DNA of 63,885 bases, counting the filler, from Octopus bimaculoides (taxonomy: Eukaryota): assembly GCF_001194135.2 (NCBI RefSeq). It is 8 parts of 7 records of this genome, joined end to end, with 100 filler letters (N's around TTAATTAATTAA, not from the genome) between each part and the next. Parts side by side here need not be neighbours in the genome. Positions count along the whole stretch, not along the records: positions 1 to 20,860 come from NC_068988.1; positions 20,961 to 22,057 come from NW_026333565.1; positions 22,158 to 49,026 come from NC_068993.1; 5 more parts are not named here. The stretch is one strand, 5' to 3'. The notes beneath the pieces were generated by a model. That model was not told where the DNA came from and did not search any database. It worked only from the letters and a program-made list of their open reading frames with translations. Shown one piece after another: positions 12,550 to 24,392 of the stretch. The translations under genes and the position numbers were made by a program. Each line of letters begins with the position of its first letter. The stretch's first letter is position 1.

Positions 12550-13169
12550 TATTATTATTATTATTACTATTATTATTAAGAGCCGTGAAATGGGTNNNNN
12601 NNNNNNNNNNNNNNNNNNNNNNNNNNNNNNNNNNNNNNNNNNNNNNNNNNNNNNNNNNNNNNNNNNNNNNNNNNNNNNNNNNNNNNNNNNNNNNNNNNNN
12701 NNNNNNNNNNNNNNNNNNNNNNNNNNNNNNNNNNNNNNNNNNNNNNNNNNNNNNNNNNNNNNNNNNNNNNNNNNNNNNNNNNNNNNNNNNNNNNNNNNNN
12801 NNNNNNNNNNNNNNNNNNNNNNNNNNNNNNNNNNNNNNNNNNNNNNNNNNNNNNNNNNNNNNNNNNNNNNNNNNNNNNNNNNNNNNNNNNNNNNNNNNNN
12901 NNNNNNNNNNNNNNNNNNNNNNNNNNNNNNNNNNNNNNNNNNNNNNNNNNNCTCTCTCTCTCTCTCTCTCTCTCTCATTCTCTCTCCCCCCCCCCACACA
13001 CATACAGACACGTGCATAAACACATAGGAGGTAAGAATTAAGAACGCACAGTAGTTTGCAAATTGGTTTCAAATTTTGAATTTTATTCATAAAAAGAAAC
13101 CGAACTTTCATTTTGATCGGCCTCGAAGCATTTAGTCGAAATAATCACACCCTCTCTGCCATCCTTATT

Positions 13170-13414
13170 TTAAGTTTGGTACAATTTCTATCGAACTTCT
13201 TTACAGAATCGCCAAGTTAAGAGGACGTAAGCAAACCGACACCGGTTATCAAGGCTTCCATACAAATTCCGTCCACCAAATTCACTGACAAGACATTGGT
13301 CGGCCTGAGTATATAATAGAAAACACTCACCCCACGTTGGCCGCGCAGTGGAAACGAAACCGGTAGCACGTGGCTGCAAAGCAAAATTCTGAATTACACA
13401 ACCAATCCTGCGCT
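13170..13414 (-). mobile_element. Old composite SINE A+B without the internal microsatellite
   Basis: Degenerate matches to the A tail (ccaccaaattcac..ttggtcggcc) and to B (gtaagcaaaccgacaccggttatcaag). Confidence 0.6.
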
Positions 13415-13417
13415 ATC

Positions 13418-13818
13418 TTTTATTTGTTACTTGCTTCAGCTATCAGACTGAGGCCATGCTGGGGCACCACCTCGAAAGATTTTTTTAGTCGAAGACTCGA
13501 TCCCAGCACTTTATGATTTTTTTTTAAAGCCAAGTACTTATTCTATAAGTTTCTTTTGCCGAATCGCTAATTTATGGGGACATAAACACATGAATACCGG
13601 TTGTCAAGCGGCAGTAGGGGACAAACACAGACATACAGACACACACACACATTCGATGGGCTTCTTTCAGTTTCCTTCTGCCAAGCCCACTCATAAGGTT
13701 TTGATCAAACCGAGACTATATAGTAGAAGACACTTGCACATGGTGTCACACAGTGGGACTGAACCCAAATCCACGTGGTTGGGAAGTAAGCTACTTACCA
13801 CACAGCCACACCTGCGCC
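13418..13818 (-). mobile_element. Composite SINE A-(CA)n-B
   Basis: Full module order on the minus strand, homologous to 59160-59588. Confidence 0.85.
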
Positions 13819-14186
13819 TATGCAATACGTTTTGAGTTTGATTTGCTTCAATTTAGGTATTAATTAAAAAAATATAGCATTTTACAATATTTCATTTTGG
13901 GTTCGAGTCCCATGAACACCCTTCAGCTTTTACCATCCAAAGAATTTTTAAACCCAATATTTACATACCATTATTTATAGCATTATCTGGTTCGAAATTC
14001 ACCGTTCCAAACAAAAAATATATAAAACATAGATTTGTTCCATTCCCATGTGTTTAGATCTACAGTATATAATTCTTTACAAATTATACGTTAAGGAATC
14101 CAAACTGATATATTTGAAAAATGTTGAAGTTCGGCAAATTATTTGTTACCGGTTTACTCTCACCCACTCATAAGTAAATAAATGTT

Positions 14187-14394
14187 ATGCGCGGCTGTGT
14201 GGTTAAGAAACTCGCGTTACAACCATCTGGTTCCGGTTTCCGTCCCACTGCGCGGCACCTTGAGCATATGTCTTTTACTATACCCCAACCACCACGTCAA
14301 TCGATGTCTTATGAGTGGATTAAGTTGATAGTAACTGTGCAGAAGCCCGTTGTCTCTCTATCTCTGTCTCTCTCTGTCTCTCTCTCTCTCTCTG

Positions 14395-14431
<37 letters not shown>

Positions 14432-14563
14432 GCATATACATTCATACATACGCACACACAACAACAACAACAATAACAACAACACAGAGACACACACGCG
14501 CTCACATCCATATGTCTATGTATGTATTTATGTGTGCACATACACACAAACACACACACACAG

Positions 14564-14640
<77 letters not shown>

Positions 14641-14880
14641 AGTGTGTGTGTGTGTGCCTGTGCATGTATGTCTTTGTGTTGTGCTTGTACCCATAGTTAC
14701 CTGACAACCGGTGTCGGTTTGTTTAAGTCCCAGTCACGTAGCCGTTCGCTAAAACGGACTGATAGAATAAGTACCACACTTAAACAAAAAATAACTATGG
14801 TCGATCAGTTCGACTAAGACCCTTCAAGGCGGTGCGGTGCCCCAGCATGGCCGCAGTCTAATGACTGAAACAAGTAGATA
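14187..14880 (+). mobile_element. Composite SINE A-(expanded compound microsatellite)-B
   Basis: A module at 14187-14350, about 350 bp of (TC)/(TA)/(CA)/(TG) repeats, B module at 14700-14880. Confidence 0.75.
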
Positions 14881-15249
14881 ATAATGGAAGAAAGATACCT
14901 CAAGGAAACTGCAATGGGCATAAATTTTCCCTGAAATTCGTATGCCAAGGGGAGAGGAAGAGATCGAAGTTTCGGTCCGATATTTCGCCTGAAAAAGCAT
15001 AGGAAGTTCTCTAAATGTATATCTTTCATGTGTTATTAGGTTTTGCATGTTTGTGTATAATAAGCACGAGTTATGGCTTGTGTGCGCATGAGTACGACAC
15101 ACATTCACGCATATCTTTATACAAAAAAAAAAGTTTTCCAACATGTATATGCACTTTGATTTCACCCATGTATACGTGCGTACACACCTAAATAAATGTT
15201 GCCGTAATCAATCGCTAAGATGCAGACAAGTACATACAACGTTAGTATA

Positions 15250-15647
15250 TACTCTTTTACTCTTTTACTTGTTTCAGTCATTTGACTGCGGCCATGCTGG
15301 AGCACCGCCTTTAGTCGAGCAAATCGGCCCCGGGACTTATTCTTTGTAGGCCTACTACTTATTCTATCGGTCTCTTTTGCCGAACCGCTAGATGACGGGG
15401 ACATAAACACACCAGCATCGGTTGTCAGGCAATGCTAAGGGGACAAACACAGACACACAAACATACACACGCACATACACACATATATATATATACATAT
15501 ATACGACGGGCTTCTTTCAGTTTTCGTCACAAAGCTTTGGTAGAGGCTATAGTAGAAGACACTTGCCCAAGATACTACGCAGTGGGACTGAACCCGGAAC
15601 CATGTGGTTGGTAAGCAAGCTACTTACCACACAGCCAATCCTGCGCC
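15250..15647 (-). mobile_element. Composite SINE A-(TA/CA)n-B, young
   Basis: High identity to 59160-59588, with a small deletion in the A tail. Confidence 0.9.
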
Positions 15648-16072
15648 TATATAGAGGAAGTTGTTTAAAAAAATTATGCACTCACTCAATCCTCTACTTG
15701 CAATAAATCACACACACACACACACNNNNNNNNNNNNNNNNNNNNNNNNNNNNNNNNNNNNNNNNNNNNNNNNNNNNNNNNNNNNNNNNNNNNNNNNNNN
15801 NNNNNNNNNNNNNNNNNNNNNNNNNNNNNNNNNNNNNNNNNNNNNNNNNNNNNNNNNNNNNNNNNNNNNNNNNNNNNNNNNNNNNNNNNNNNNNNNNNNN
15901 NNNNNNNNNNNNNNNNNNNNNNNNNNNNNNNNNNNNNNNNNNNNNNNNNNNNNNNNNNNNNNNNNNNNNNNNNNNNNNNNNNNNNNNNNNNNNNNNNNNN
16001 NNNNNNNNNNNNNNNNNNNNNNNNNNNNNNNNNNNNNNNNNNNNNNNNNNNNNNNNNNNNNNNNNNNNNNNN

Positions 16073-16114
<42 letters not shown>

Positions 16115-16469
16115 GCAACTCCCGGTCATGAGTGTCACTCGGTCTCATTATAGATTTCGTCACTAGGGTTCATCACAGATTTCGCACAAGACACTCGATG
16201 ACTTTCACGTTTTTCCGCTTTATTTCTAACCCCAAATGGCTTTTTTTTTTATATCTAGCACTACGTTATGTCTTTCTCCATTTCTAAGTTAAAACGCAAC
16301 TGATCCTTACACACAGCCGCACATAATAGCAACACTCAAATAACGACAGCGGAGTGCACAACAAACATCAGCGATCTGAATGTTGCCTGTACTCTTGACA
16401 AGAGGTGCCAGTTAGTCTTTTATACCTACCAGGCTCGTTCGTATTAGCCCGAGTTCATGGATATACCCT

Positions 16470-16580
16470 ATATACCCTCAAGCCTTCATCAGGGAAATTT
16501 CGAACCTGAGTTCTCATTCCTATGGTATTGTCATTATCATTCAGGTCACTGCCTGGAATCGAACTCGGAATCTTGGGGCA
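16470..16580 (-). mobile_element. Fragment of another tRNA-derived SINE
   Basis: Reverse complement contains ccccaagattccgagttcgattccaggcagtgacc (B-box) followed by aggttcgaaatttccctgatgaaggc. Confidence 0.5.
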
Positions 16581-16729
16581 ATTATGGAGTGAATTTTAGG
16601 GCTTATAAATCTAATATTTTCCTATCCTTCCTTAATACCGGTTCCCATATGCTATTCATATCTGCACTCGGTGTGCTTAGGAGGTTGTTGTGTCCTAGCA
16701 TATGTGCTGCTCCGTTTAGTTTTCGTATT

Positions 16730-16804
<75 letters not shown>

Positions 16805-17053
16805 CTATTGTCGCAGCAGTCGTTCGAAAACTTGTGAACAAGTTTTTAAAAAATCGTTAATTAGTGTTTGTAATGTATGCTTGAAAAATATTAAGTTTTT
16901 GTTAACTTAGTAGAAAATATTTTATTTCATTATTACACTCTTAGTACTTCATTTCTGCACATTTTTCTCTGCTGTGGCAGAGTTTTGTTTTGTTCAAAAG
17001 TTGATGTTTTTCTCCCTCGTAGACCAAGTTCCATTGAATGCATCAACTTTACG

Positions 17054-17223
17054 CAGTGGCGTAGCTAAAGTGTGTACCGCCGAAAGCAGGCCTCGAGTTT
17101 GCGCTCCATCCTCGCGCCCCTGCCTCTATACAGGTTTATACAGCAAACTCAGATGTACCGTTCCCATAAGATATGGGACATGGGTTGAACTACCCTTATG
17201 GTCTCCACTCAGCTACGTTACTG
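17054..17223. mobile_element. 170-bp hAT-type MITE
   Basis: TIRs CAGTGGCGTAGCT / AGCTACGTTACTG (11/13) are flanked by an 8-bp TSD ACTTTACG / ACTTTACA. An 8-bp TSD with CAG termini is characteristic of hAT elements. Confidence 0.85.
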
Positions 17224-17475
17224 ACTTTACAATATAACCTAAGAACAAATACAGGAGACTCTATGAGGTAGTTCACTCCGCTAAAAATATCAGCTGAAAC
17301 TCCCTCAAATCACACCCTACCGGTTGCAAAAAAGAAAAAAAAAAAGAGAAGCTGAACGCAGCAAATTATTTCCTCCAGGAGTCACTGAATATTAAAAGGA
17401 AGATAATAATGCATTTGATTATAGATCTGTTTAGTCAAGGATGAATTGGGCTCAACGTACGCGGAGCCATTATGG

Positions 17476-17897
17476 GGCGAGCTGGCAGAAACGTTAGCAA
17501 GCCGGATGCAATGCTTTGCGGTATCTCGTCTGTCGTTACGTTCTGAGTTCAAATTCCGCCTAGATCGACTTTGCCTTTCATCATTTTGGGGTCGATAAAT
17601 TAAGTACCAGTTACACACTGGGGTCCATGTAATCGACTTAATCTCCTTGTCTGTCCTTGTTTGTCCCCTCTATGTGAGCGATAAAGAAATAAGAAACGTT
17701 GGCACGCCGGGCGCTATGTTTTGTGGTATTTCGTCTGTCGTTACGTTCTGAGTTCAAATTCCGCCGAGATCGATTTTGCCTTTCATCCTTTCGGGGTTGA
17801 TAAATCAAGTACCAGTTGTCTACTGGGTTCGATCTAATCGACTGGTCTCCCGCCTCCCCACAAATTTCGGGCCTTGTGCTTAGAGTAGAAAAGATTA
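17476..17897 (+). mobile_element. Tandem SINE family C dimer (C1 17476-17692 plus 5'-truncated C2 17693-17897)
   Basis: Head ggcgagctggcagaaacgttagc, B-box gagttcaaattcc, and core gcctttcatcctttcggggtcgataaattaagtaccag, which resembles the Meta/MESC SINE domain from memory. The two units have different tails. Confidence 0.85.
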
Positions 17898-18252
17898 TGC
17901 GGTCACTCTACCTGTTAGAAATAGCAGCCGTATGCTTTACTAAAAACACCCTACTGTTTAAAGAAAACGAAACTTTTGATGACACAATGTGCCAGAAAGG
18001 AGACAGAATGGTAGTGATGCTGGAACATCTTTGATTACAGGTCTGCATGTCAACGTCTGACCTGGAACATGACATCGAACTTGTGGCTTTCTGGTAAATT
18101 TCGCACTCTGTGCCGCATTATTTGTTATCGATAAGACTGGAATCTTATATGTGCTTGGATTGGTTAATATGTTCTTGAATCTGAAGTCAACTCTGACCAA
18201 GTAGACCCATGATCATAAGCATACTAGCCGTGGCCACCCTGTCTTTTTCTAC

Positions 18253-18621
18253 ACAGTATAACTTTGCTTGGACCCTAAGTCCTGGTGGAATCGTGGGAGC
18301 CTTTGTGTCAAACGGCGTGTCTTAGGCATATCTTGAGCGTGTCTTGGGCGTGTTTTGGGCGTCTTGGGCGTGTCTTGGGCGTGTCTCCTCTTGACCTGGA
18401 CATTAGCGTAGCTAGAGTGTGTGACTTCTGGGGTAAACTCTTGAATTTGCCACCACCACCTACCTCCCCGGTCTCCGGCTCACGGTCCCCCTACCCTATA
18501 GAGGTTTATAAAGCGAACTCGCTAATAAATGCATCACTCGGGGTTCATCGCCCGCTAGCTGCGCTATAGCACGGTGTTGGACCTGGCTCCGCCAAGTTAA
18601 GCAACAACGAATTTCTGCCAC
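18253..18621 (+). mobile_element. Probable solo LTR (Ty3/Gypsy-like)
   Basis: GC-richer island with a 7x 11-bp tandem array (18315-18389), TATAAA at 18507 and AATAAA at 18524, ending in ...GCCACA. The 5' TG and the TSD are not clearly resolved. Confidence 0.4.
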
Positions 18622-18643
18622 AAAGCAAGCAAAGTACAGAGAG

Positions 18644-18692
<49 letters not shown>

Positions 18693-19539
18693 TAGAGAGG
18701 TAGGGAGAGGAGAGAGGGAAAGAGGAGGAGGTAGAGATGGGAGAGGGAGAGAAGAAAGAGAGGGAGATGCTTCGGCTCTGAAATACGACTGATTCTTTAA
18801 TTACTGACTTTTAACGGACAACTGGTAAAATTGATCTCGATGGGATTTGATCTCAGAATGCTGAGATATGAAACTAATTCCACAAGATATTCGACGCTCT
18901 AACCATTCCGCCAATTCNNNNNNNNNNNNNNNNNNNNNNNNNNNNNNNNNNNNNNNNNNNNNNNNNNNNNNNNNNNNNNNNNNNNNNNNNNNNNNNNNNN
19001 NNNNNNNNNNNNNNNNNNNNNNNNNNNNNNNNNNNNNNNNNNNNNNNNNNNNNNNNNNNNNNNNNNNNNNNNNNNNNNNNNNNNNNNNNNNNNNNNNNNN
19101 NNNNNNNNNNNNNNNNNNNNNNNNNNNNNNNNNNNNNNNNNNNNNNNNNNNNNNNNNNNNNNNNNNNNNNNNNNNNNNNNNNNNNNNNNNNNNNNNNNNN
19201 TAAAGAGTGGCATAAACGTTTTTTTTTTTTGTGGAAACAGGTGAAATTTTAGTGATTTCTTTGTGGCTAGCTTCGTAAACAGCATGAAGAAAGGTGAACA
19301 TAATGCGATGAATGTTCTGCTTTGATTCAGTAGCACACCTGCCCTCTGTCACAAACATTTATACACACACACACACACACACATGCCCCCTCTCTCTGTC
19401 TCTCTGTCTCTCTCTCTCTTTCTCTCCCTCACACACACACGTACACACATATTCACACATAGAAACAAACATGCACAGACACGTATGTGTGTGACCATAC
19501 ACAAGTATGTACACCCCACACATACACCACAGAAAAAGT

Positions 19540-19844
19540 TGATGATGATGATGATGATGATAGTGCGATGATGACAGTGATGATGATGACGATGATGATG
19601 ATGACGATGATGATGATGACGACGACGACGACGATAGTGGTGATAATGATAGTGGTAATGATGATAGTGGTTATGATGATAGTGATGATGATGATGATGA
19701 TGACGACGATAATGCTGATGACGTTCATGATGATGATAATGATAGTGATGAAGATAGTGATGATTAATAATGAAAACGATAGTGGCGATGCTGCTGTTGC
19801 TGCTGCTGATGATGGTGATAATAACGATGATGACGATAGTGGCC

Positions 19845-19883
<39 letters not shown>

Positions 19884-19965
19884 GTGACAATGATGATGGT
19901 GACAATGATGATGATGATGACGGCGACGACGATGGTCATGGCGGCGTTAATGGTGACGCACTTCA
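19540..19965. repeat. (GAT)n degenerate microsatellite
   Basis: Direct inspection. Confidence 0.9.
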
Positions 19966-20511
19966 TTAAGGACTGCAATCTTGAATGATGTTTGTGTTGA
20001 TATTTGTTTTAATTGATGGTGTTTAGAGAAGACGCAATGAAATGTTTATTGTTTATTTGCCTTTCTCTACTTTTATCGTTATTGCTACGATGTCACGAAA
20101 TGAAATACAAGGTTTATGGAAAAACTTTCACGGTCAACCAAATCGAATAGTCGTTTTCCAAACAAATACGATTGAACAATGCAATCTTTGATCAATTTGT
20201 CAAACTTCAACAGTCACATGATAGATCCCACGGTGCTGACTAATTAAATTTGATTTCACTTAATTAGACAACAATAATTATCAGCTTTGAAGTATTGTTT
20301 CTGTTCGACTATAGAAAAGGCAGAGTGATAAATGCAAGGATATATTGTGCTATGGTGTGTTCTGTATGGCGTAAGGAATCTCGGCGTTGTGCTTGTTCAT
20401 CGGCTTTCACCTACATGTGGCACATGCGTTGCATGTAGTGGATTGTTTGCATGAAAGGAGATAGTCTGTGATTGTACGTAACTATCGAACCAACGATCTG
20501 TCGTTCCGTCG

Positions 20512-20571
<60 letters not shown>

Positions 20572-20860
20572 CTTCTCACGGACGTGCTGTCACATCGGCT
20601 GCGAAGGTAAACGTTTATTTGACCATTTACTGTCCACATTTTGTTGGGATTTTTAAATAATTTTGTTGCGAAGCACCTAGGCTTCATTTGTGTGTATTTT
20701 CAAGGGCAGGAATTGACCCCCAGGGGCAGTTTCGGCCCTAGCAAAATACAAAAATTTCCTTCTTGACATTTGAAAAATGTCGAGAAACATCATTTTGGAA
20801 CGCTTGTCTTGTTCTTTTGACAAGCATTTCCCGAGGCTTCAGATGCCAGAAGAGAAAAAA

Positions 20861-20960
20861 NNNNNNNNNNNNNNNNNNNNNNNNNNNNNNNNNNNNNNNN
20901 NNNNTTAATTAATTAANNNNNNNNNNNNNNNNNNNNNNNNNNNNNNNNNNNNNNNNNNNN
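20861..20960. other. Artificial scaffold linker N44-TTAATTAATTAA-N44 (1 of 7)
   Basis: Exact 100-bp construct; 12-mers at 20905, 22102, 49071, 51957, 59104, 60276 and 62413, each preceded by 44 N. The 12-mer has stops in all six frames. Confidence 0.97.
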
Positions 20961-21083
20961 AGCCTCCATGTATGCCATGGAAGCCTCCAGCATGACGTCC
21001 GACATGACCAGCAAAAATTAAATTTTCTGTGAGAGACACCTTGCCACATGTAATCAAGCACTTTTATGCGTGTGTGTGTGTGT

Positions 21084-21123
<40 letters not shown>

Positions 21124-21378
21124 AAATAAGGATTCAGATAGAATCAAGTACTTGGAAAGATATGCAGCAGGTAGGGTTGGATAAACCTGTGCTTCCAGCC
21201 TATGAGTGGTAAGTATCAAATAAGATAATCCAGTTGTGTACACAGAGAAAACCAACCCTATGTGTATTTAGCACCTGGAGACTGGTCCAAATCACATGTT
21301 ATGTTGAATAGTATGTCTTTGGTATACTTTAGGGTGTCCAACAAGTCGTAAATCTCCATGGTGTATTATAATACAATA

Positions 21379-21646
21379 GATAATAGTCACCTCATTACAG
21401 CTGTTTCTTATGTATCTTTTTGATAGAAGGATGAGACCATTGCTCCATTACAAAAACCTGTAATTATCAGATGAAATTAGTTGGCTCGACAGACTTCAGC
21501 CACATCCCTGCTGTATTCCTGGGATATTCTTTTGTTTGTAAAATTACGTTTCATCTGATGATTATGGTTTTTTGTTATGGAGTAGTGTTCTCATTCTTCT
21601 ATTAAGAAGATGTATAAGAAACAGCAGAAATGTGCTGACTACTATC
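21379..21646 (+). repeat. Imperfect long inverted repeat (hairpin)
   Basis: Core arms 21400-21476 and 21549-21625 (77 bp, ungapped, 64/77 identical) with a 72-nt spacer; weaker extension of about 20 bp on each side. Confidence 0.9.
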
Positions 21647-22248
21647 CATCATATATTATTATTCATTTGAATATATATATATATATATATATATATTGTG
21701 ATGCAAACAGTAAAAATAAAACTCAAAACATGAGTATATATACAGATATTTTTATTGATATTGAGTCAAGGGCTGAGAGTTTCATGTGCTCATACTTATC
21801 AAACTAATCACAGATTGAGGAGTTGTAAGTTCATAAACTAGTGATAATACTATTTCCCTGAAGAGTTCTGGAACAAATTGTAACAACAATTACAATATCA
21901 CATGGACAAGTCATATTTCTCAAATTTATGTGTACTTACACAAACATCAATGTTAGTTTTGGTGAATATAAATACAGTGTATATATAGATATATAATGTG
22001 TGTACATATCCTCATCATCGTCGTTTAACGTCCGCTTTCCATGCTAGCATGGGTTGGNNNNNNNNNNNNNNNNNNNNNNNNNNNNNNNNNNNNNNNNNNN
22101 NTTAATTAATTAANNNNNNNNNNNNNNNNNNNNNNNNNNNNNNNNNNNNNNNNNNNNTACACACACACGCTTTTAAAGCCGCATACATCTACACATACAC
22201 ACATATACACTTCTGCAAAGACACATACTAACACACACAGAAACACAC

Positions 22249-22285
<37 letters not shown>

Positions 22286-22862
22286 TTTAAAGCCACATAT
22301 ATCTGCACATACACACATATACACTTCTGCAACGACACACATACACACACACACACACACACACATTTACAGACAAATATATCCGCTTATAGAAATACAT
22401 ATGCGCTCATACGAACATAAGCATATATACCTATTCAAGCACCTATATAAACATACACACACACACACACACACTCACACACACATAGACACATGCATAC
22501 ACACACATTTTCACAGAGAAACACACACTCGCAAACATGCCTACAGATTGCGTGTTTAAATTCCTGTATATCTCACCCCACGCACATGCACACACTCAGA
22601 AAGCCATCTCCTTGCGACCAAACACACACACGTCAAATGATTTGGTGGTTAAGCGTTCAGTTCCCACGGTCTCGCATTTTATGTGGACGGGGTTGGGTCG
22701 GTGGCGGCGGCGGCAGCGGCGGACATTATTTCGACCAAATCTATGTATGTATGAATCGGTGTGTATATATGTGTACACGCATGCATGTATATGTGTACTT
22801 GTATACGTATAGGCATATGTACACACACACACATGCACACACACAGCATACACATAACCGTG

Positions 22863-22925
<63 letters not shown>

Positions 22926-23133
22926 ATATACACGCATACATACGTACACATATATATACATACATGCGTACATACACTTACATGTGTATACATATGTATG
23001 TACACATACACACACACACATGCACACACACATACATACATACATACGTACATACATACACACATGTATATGTATGCATTTATGTCCATATATGTATGGA
23101 TGTATGTAATTTTCTTTACGGTGTACCCCGCAT

Positions 23134-23420
23134 CATCGCTTGACAACCGATGTTGGTGTGTTTACGTCCCCGTAACATAGTGGTTTGGCACAAGAGACTG
23201 ATAGTAATAAGTACTAGGCTTAAAAATAAGTCCTGGGGTTGATTTACTGGAGTAAAGTTCCTCAAGTTGGTGCTCTAGCATGGCCGCAGTCAACTGACTG
23301 AAACAAGTAGGAGAATAGAAGGACAGAAGAATACTGTCGTCCATTTGTTGGACTAAACTTTCCAAGGCTGTGCCCCAGCAGGGCCGCAGTCCAATGACTG
23401 AAACATGTAAAAGAAAAAGA
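23134..23420 (+). mobile_element. SINE B module with a duplicated 3' tail
   Basis: catcgcttgacaaccgatgttggtgtgtttacgtccccgtaac...; the ccagca(t/g)ggccgcagtc..atgactgaaaca tail occurs twice. Confidence 0.8.
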
Positions 23421-23459
23421 AAAAACGAAATACCACATGGTCCATAGTAAAAATATAAT

Positions 23460-23708
23460 AAATGCGCCCTTTTAAAGCCTAGCTAGGCCCATGGGCCCAG
23501 TTTCCCGGTTTCTATGGCGTATGTGTTCCCCAGCTGGACGGGACACCAGTCCATCGCAGCGTTACTCATTTTTTTCCAGCGGAGTGGACTGGAGCAACGT
23601 GAAATGAAGTGTTTTGCTCAAGGACACAACGCGTCGCCCGGTCCAAGAATCGAAACCACAATCTTACGATCATGGTGCTGACACCCTAACCACTAGGCCA
23701 CACGCCTC
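23460..23708 (-). mobile_element. SINE family D head/CORE with an alternative tail
   Basis: gagtggactggagcaacgtgaaatgaagtgttttgctcaaggacacaacgc is the rc of the D core; the tail differs from 9171 and 52688. Confidence 0.8.
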
Positions 23709-23996
23709 CACATGGTCCATAGTGCTAAAACCAAAAATCACTGTGACCCCCCAGGGTAGCAAATTTGGGGTAGAAAGTTTATGCCTGAGTACAGGTCTGG
23801 CAAAGTAGAGGTTAACAACATCATTGACTGGAAGCGTATCATGGTCCACAGAACCAACCAGAAAATTAGGTTACAGGCGTGAATATCCCAGGTTGACAGC
23901 TTATATGTACTGCTGTTTGTGTTATGGTAGAGAAACCCATGTGAACCCTTTTGCGTAAATGCCAACGCTTGATATTGAAATCAATAGAGAAGAAGG

Positions 23997-24027
<31 letters not shown>

Positions 24028-24350
24028 GGGGGAAAGAGAGAAAGTTAATGCCACCTACACCGTTTGTCGATGACCTGTCGTTTGTATGTGATGTCTGAGA
24101 GACAGAACTGGTTGAGAAATTCTCACGGGAATTAGTCGACGGAGTTTGGTTCGAAAGAAGTTTTGTGTGGTTTAGTCCCAGATTAACTCTGAGAATACCT
24201 ACCATCAAAGATATTCCAGTGGTGTCCATCCCGTCTTTTGCCTGTGTGTATAGAATGCAGGGGTTTTGTTATTTAACTAGAGCGTTACCCCTTCGCATGA
24301 CGGAATTTTGGAAGTATATATATATATATATTTATGTATATGTAGGTATG

Positions 24351-24392
<42 letters not shown>

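Noticed and set aside
20905-20916. TTAATTAATTAA repeated seven times as a possible homeodomain site or element end
   Set aside because: Always centred in an exact 100-bp N construct, so it is an assembly linker.
21138-21208. Possible 71-nt coding exon (IESSTWKDMQQVGLDKPVLPAYEW) with a TG|GTAAGT donor
   Set aside because: The acceptor lacks a pyrimidine tract and I do not recognise the peptide; needs a BLAST or RNA-seq check.
22685-22722. GC-rich GGGG/GGG/(GGC)n patch as a G-quadruplex or CpG island
   Set aside because: Under 40 bp and lacks four G3 runs.
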